DNA of 55,185 nucleotides from Octopus bimaculoides (Eukaryota). Every line of letters starts with the position of its first letter. The first letter of the stretch is position 1. Positions 51,707 through 55,185 of this stretch are shown one piece after another. The translations under genes were made by a program, and so were the position numbers. Below the pieces are notes generated by a model, which did no database searches, was not told where the DNA came from, and was given only the letters and a program-made list of their open reading frames with translations. Location: positions 38,265,172-38,320,356 of the forward strand of contig NC_068988.1 of assembly GCF_001194135.2 (NCBI RefSeq). The letters run 5' to 3'.

Positions 51707-52767
51707 CAGCCATGTGATCTCTACATAGTTGTTGGAGCTGCTAGTATATAATTGAAGATGTTAAATATCTAAACTCATTGTTTAAAAAATGAGGTTAATG
51801 TGTGTCCAGTAACAGCATAAATCACTCTGACATATTTTAAGTTTTCTAACTTAATTTCTCAGTACAGTACTCTGGAGATATTTTCACCAACTCTGTACGG
51901 CAAGATATTTTTTCATATTCTATAAACACATTCATGTCATTCTCTTTGTAGATTTTGTTCACTTTATATTCAACCTTTCATAGCTGAGTATTATTAATAG
52001 CAAGATTTCTCAGTGACATATATCTTTCTAGACCAGATGAAGAAGTTACTAAGAGGAACATCTTGTTAACCTGGAAAGTTTACCATAAGATAAATATAAA
52101 CATACTTTCTTTATATGTATATATTGCAATTCTGCACCACCATCAAGTGAGTTATTTGGTGACCTCACTAGTGCTGGTGTCATGGAAAAAAATTGTACTT
52201 GGTACACTCTGTTAAGTAGGTGGTTGGCATTAGAAAGGGTATCCAGCCATAGAAACCTTGTCAAAGCAGATATTGTTGCTGACACAGCCCTCTGGCTAGT
52301 TAGATCTTGTTGACTGGAATATGCAGCCTTGTTTATGCTCCTTAATTAATGATAATGATGATGATGATGATGATGAATTCTTTCCATTTATCTATTTCGG
52401 ATAGTCATAGAGTAGTCTCAAAGAATAAATGCACCAATTAGACAAATTAAAGTATGTCTTGTGACATTCCTATATGTCTAGGTATCTCACACACACACAC
52501 ACATGTATTGTTATGACACTATTAACCTGAAGTTCTAAGACATTTTGGCATAATCCTAGGCATTGGCACGTTGATGGTGCCCTGTTTACAGGTGCAACCA
52601 CGGTTGGGTTTTTTTAAAAAGTTCACTTTGCAATCATTTGTTTTTTTTGTTGTTCAATCTCACTACATGGCACCATGACACCTTAGGCAAATATCTTTAA
52701 CTAGTTCAGCTAACCAATATTTTATGAGTGAATTTGGTATACATACATACATACACGTTTATGTATA

Positions 52768-53186
52768 AATTATTAAGGCGGCTATTTGCAATTTACAACC
52801 GAATAGCAACAAGTATGATTGTTACTAAAGTGACAGGGGGGGGGGTGCTAGTGAGCACCAGCATTGCTAGAAATAAGAGTCAACATAACTCTTAGCCACG
52901 TGAGAGCATTTTCCTAACGACTGACAAGGGAGACAAGCTCCCCACCTACAGCAAGCGAGATTGAGTCATACCAGCACTGATTTCAGATTTGATTAATCTT
53001 CATCAGTGATCCATTACGCCATCGCCGAGGGTTAAAGAACCTAACTCACCCTGTCAACCTTATTGAGAACACCATAGTAAATATTGACTGATTCCGAAAA
53101 TGGTGAAGGGGGAATTATTAATTATTAAGGTGGCTATTCGCAATTTAAAAACGAAAGGCAACAAGTATAGTCATCACTAAAGTGCC

Positions 53187-53187
<1 letters not shown>
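52768..53187 (-). mobile_element. Retrozyme/PLE pLTR-like unit: 68-bp direct repeats (52768-52835, 53120-53187; period 352) enclosing a hammerhead
   Basis: 56 of 68 bases identical by manual alignment; flanked by (ATAC)n and (TCTA)n. Confidence 0.75.
52961..53016 (-). ncRNA. Type I hammerhead ribozyme, canonical core, predicted GUA cleavage between 52969 and 52968
   Basis: TGGATCA-CTGATGA-AGATT-AATCA-AATCT-GAAA-TCA-GTGC-TGG-TA-TGACTCA. Confidence 0.8.
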
Positions 53188-53226
<39 letters not shown>

Positions 53227-53474
53227 GTCTATCTATCTATCTGTACACACACACACACACACACACACACTTATTTAGATGAAGAATGGTGTTAGAAACT
53301 TTGAAGTTTTGACCTTTTAGCCTTAATCAAACTGTGACATGAAGGCTAGCTGGTCAAAACTTCAAAGTCATCATCGTCACTCTTCTTGTAAAAAGTACAA
53401 TAAATATATACTTTACAAAAAAGTATTGAGTAATACCTTAGTTTAACATAAAATTGTTTTTATTATAGCTAGAC

Positions 53475-54432
53475 ATAAGCTCGCAACAAATGAAGCCAGT
53501 ATGCTCCGATGGATGTGTAATGCCAGTGTGCATACTCAACAGAGTGTAAGTACCTTGAGAGAAAAGTTGGACCTAAGAAGCATCAGATGTGGTGTGCAAG
53601 AGTGACGATTGCGCTGGTATGGTCATGTGGCGAGAATGGATGAGGATAGCTGTGTGAAAAAGTGCCACACCCTAGCGGTTGAGGGAACCTGTGGAAAAGG
53701 TAGAGCCAGGAACACCTGGGATGAGGTGGTGAAGCACGACCTTCGAACATTAGGCCCCACCGAGGCAATGACTAGTGACCAAGACCTTTGGAAATATGCT
53801 ATGCGTGAGAAGACCCGGCAAGCCAAGTGAGACCATTATCCGTGGCCTCTGCTAGGGGTGTAGCCAGCCCACTTATGCATACCTTTCCTTCATTGGACAC
53901 TAAATTCTGCTTGTGAAGACCTGTTGAGGCAAGTAAAATCGAAATCAAACTAAATTTGACGACTGGCACCCATGTCAGTGGAGCGCTGACAGTACCATAT
54001 GAGCATGATCATTGCCAGAGCAGCTGTCTGGTTTCTGTGCCAGTGGCACGTAAATAGCACCATTTGAGCGTGATCATTACCAGCGTCGCCTTACTGGCAC
54101 TTGTGCTAGTGGCACGTGAAAAAACATTCAAGCAGGGTCATTACCAGTACCACTGGACTGGCTCCTGTGCAGGTGGCACATAAAAAACACCATTTGAGTA
54201 TAGCCGTTGCCAGTACCGCCTGGCTGGCACTCGTGCCAGTGGCACGTAAAAGCACCCACTACACTCTCGGAGTGGTTGGCGTTAGGAAGGGCATCCAGCT
54301 GTAGAAACTCTGCCAGATCAGATTGGAGACTTGTGCAGCCATCTGGTTTGCCAGTCCTCAGTCAAATCGTCCAACTCATGCTAGTATACAAAGCGGACGT
54401 TAAAAGATGATGATGATGATGATGATGATGAT
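53475..54432 (+). mobile_element. RTE LINE 3' end with about 64-bp tandem units in the 3' UTR and a (GAT)n tail
   Basis: NEASMLRWMC...RWYGHVARM...WDEVVKHDL...EKTRQAK*; tandem gtggcacgtaaaa units. Confidence 0.95.
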
Positions 54433-54561
54433 ATATATCCCATTTGTAGAAATATTCTTGTATTTTTTTACCACTTTGTCACTTGCCTTTATTTTGCTTC
54501 TCTTAATTTCCTTTCTTTCTCTGTCTCTTTCTCCTCCTCTCACTCTCTCTCTCTCTCTCTC

Positions 54562-55149
54562 TGTTACCCTCCTCGCAATATCACATGACCCATGATGACC
54601 TAAGGCTGTGTCATTCTTTTTCGCATTGTCTTCGACCATACTGGACACCATTTTCTGAGCTTCTCGCTCTACCCCTCCCGTGTATAGACCTTTAGGACAG
54701 TTTTCATTTTTCCTTTCCGTTACCCATTTTTGTCTTGTCTTGCAGCATCAAGGCTTTACGTTGTATATGTATTATCATTATTAATTGTTGTCTTTGTGTG
54801 GCCCCCAAGCCATTATTCTGTTTATTGTTTTGCCCCTCATCCGTCCACTAAAGGTCTTGTCTCAAGCCCGTTTTATTTTGTTATGTTTAGGTCCCATTCC
54901 CCGCAAGTTTCTTGTCGGTGTCACCAGAGTGGAAGCAATATTATCAATAATGACTGAAATTGTGTTTGACCCTCTGGCCAATAACTGATGATGAATCGGT
55001 GACCTTCTGTGTTTTCTTTCCGCCTGTATATTTAGTATATGTTCCTTTGTTTATTTACTACACATTTTAAAAATTATATATATATAGGTAGGTCATGTTT
55101 TCTGTCTGTGGCCTTTTTATTTAATCCTGAAAATATTATTTATGTAACA
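54562..55149. mobile_element. Candidate solo LTR (588 bp)
   Basis: Termini TGTTAC...GTAACA form a 6-bp inverted pair; no TSD visible (left flank is (CT)n). Confidence 0.4.
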
Positions 55150-55185
55150 AACACACTCCTTAATTTTATATATATATATATATAT

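Overview
AT-rich eukaryotic DNA from a gapped short-read assembly, dense in microsatellites and transposable elements (TEs). The repeat complement (tRNA-derived SINEs with internal TA/CA microsatellites, RTE LINE 3' ends with (GAT)n tails) points to an octopus genome; this is inferred from my recollection of the families, not from a search. I recognise no intact host protein-coding gene. Almost all ORFs in the track are microsatellite or N-gap read-throughs. The real coding remnants are all TE-derived: RTE reverse transcriptase (RT), mariner and maT/DD37D transposases, Penelope-like element (PLE) RT and GIY-YIG, a HERO-like and an R4/Dong-like RLE LINE, and a possible LINE ORF1. The most interesting signal is three type I hammerhead-ribozyme folds in PLE- or retrozyme-like repeats. 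One has the canonical C3:G8 core, in a 352-bp direct-repeat unit (52969-53016, minus). The other two swap that tertiary pair to U3:A8 (18130-18166, plus) and G3:C8 (34300-34346, minus); each variant copy is partly decayed. Also notable: a 230-bp inverted repeat that appears perfect, two pre-miRNA-sized hairpins, a fold-back junction in an RTE, modular and nested SINEs, and a degenerate telomere-like tract. All folds and alignments were done by eye, and most element boundaries are approximate.
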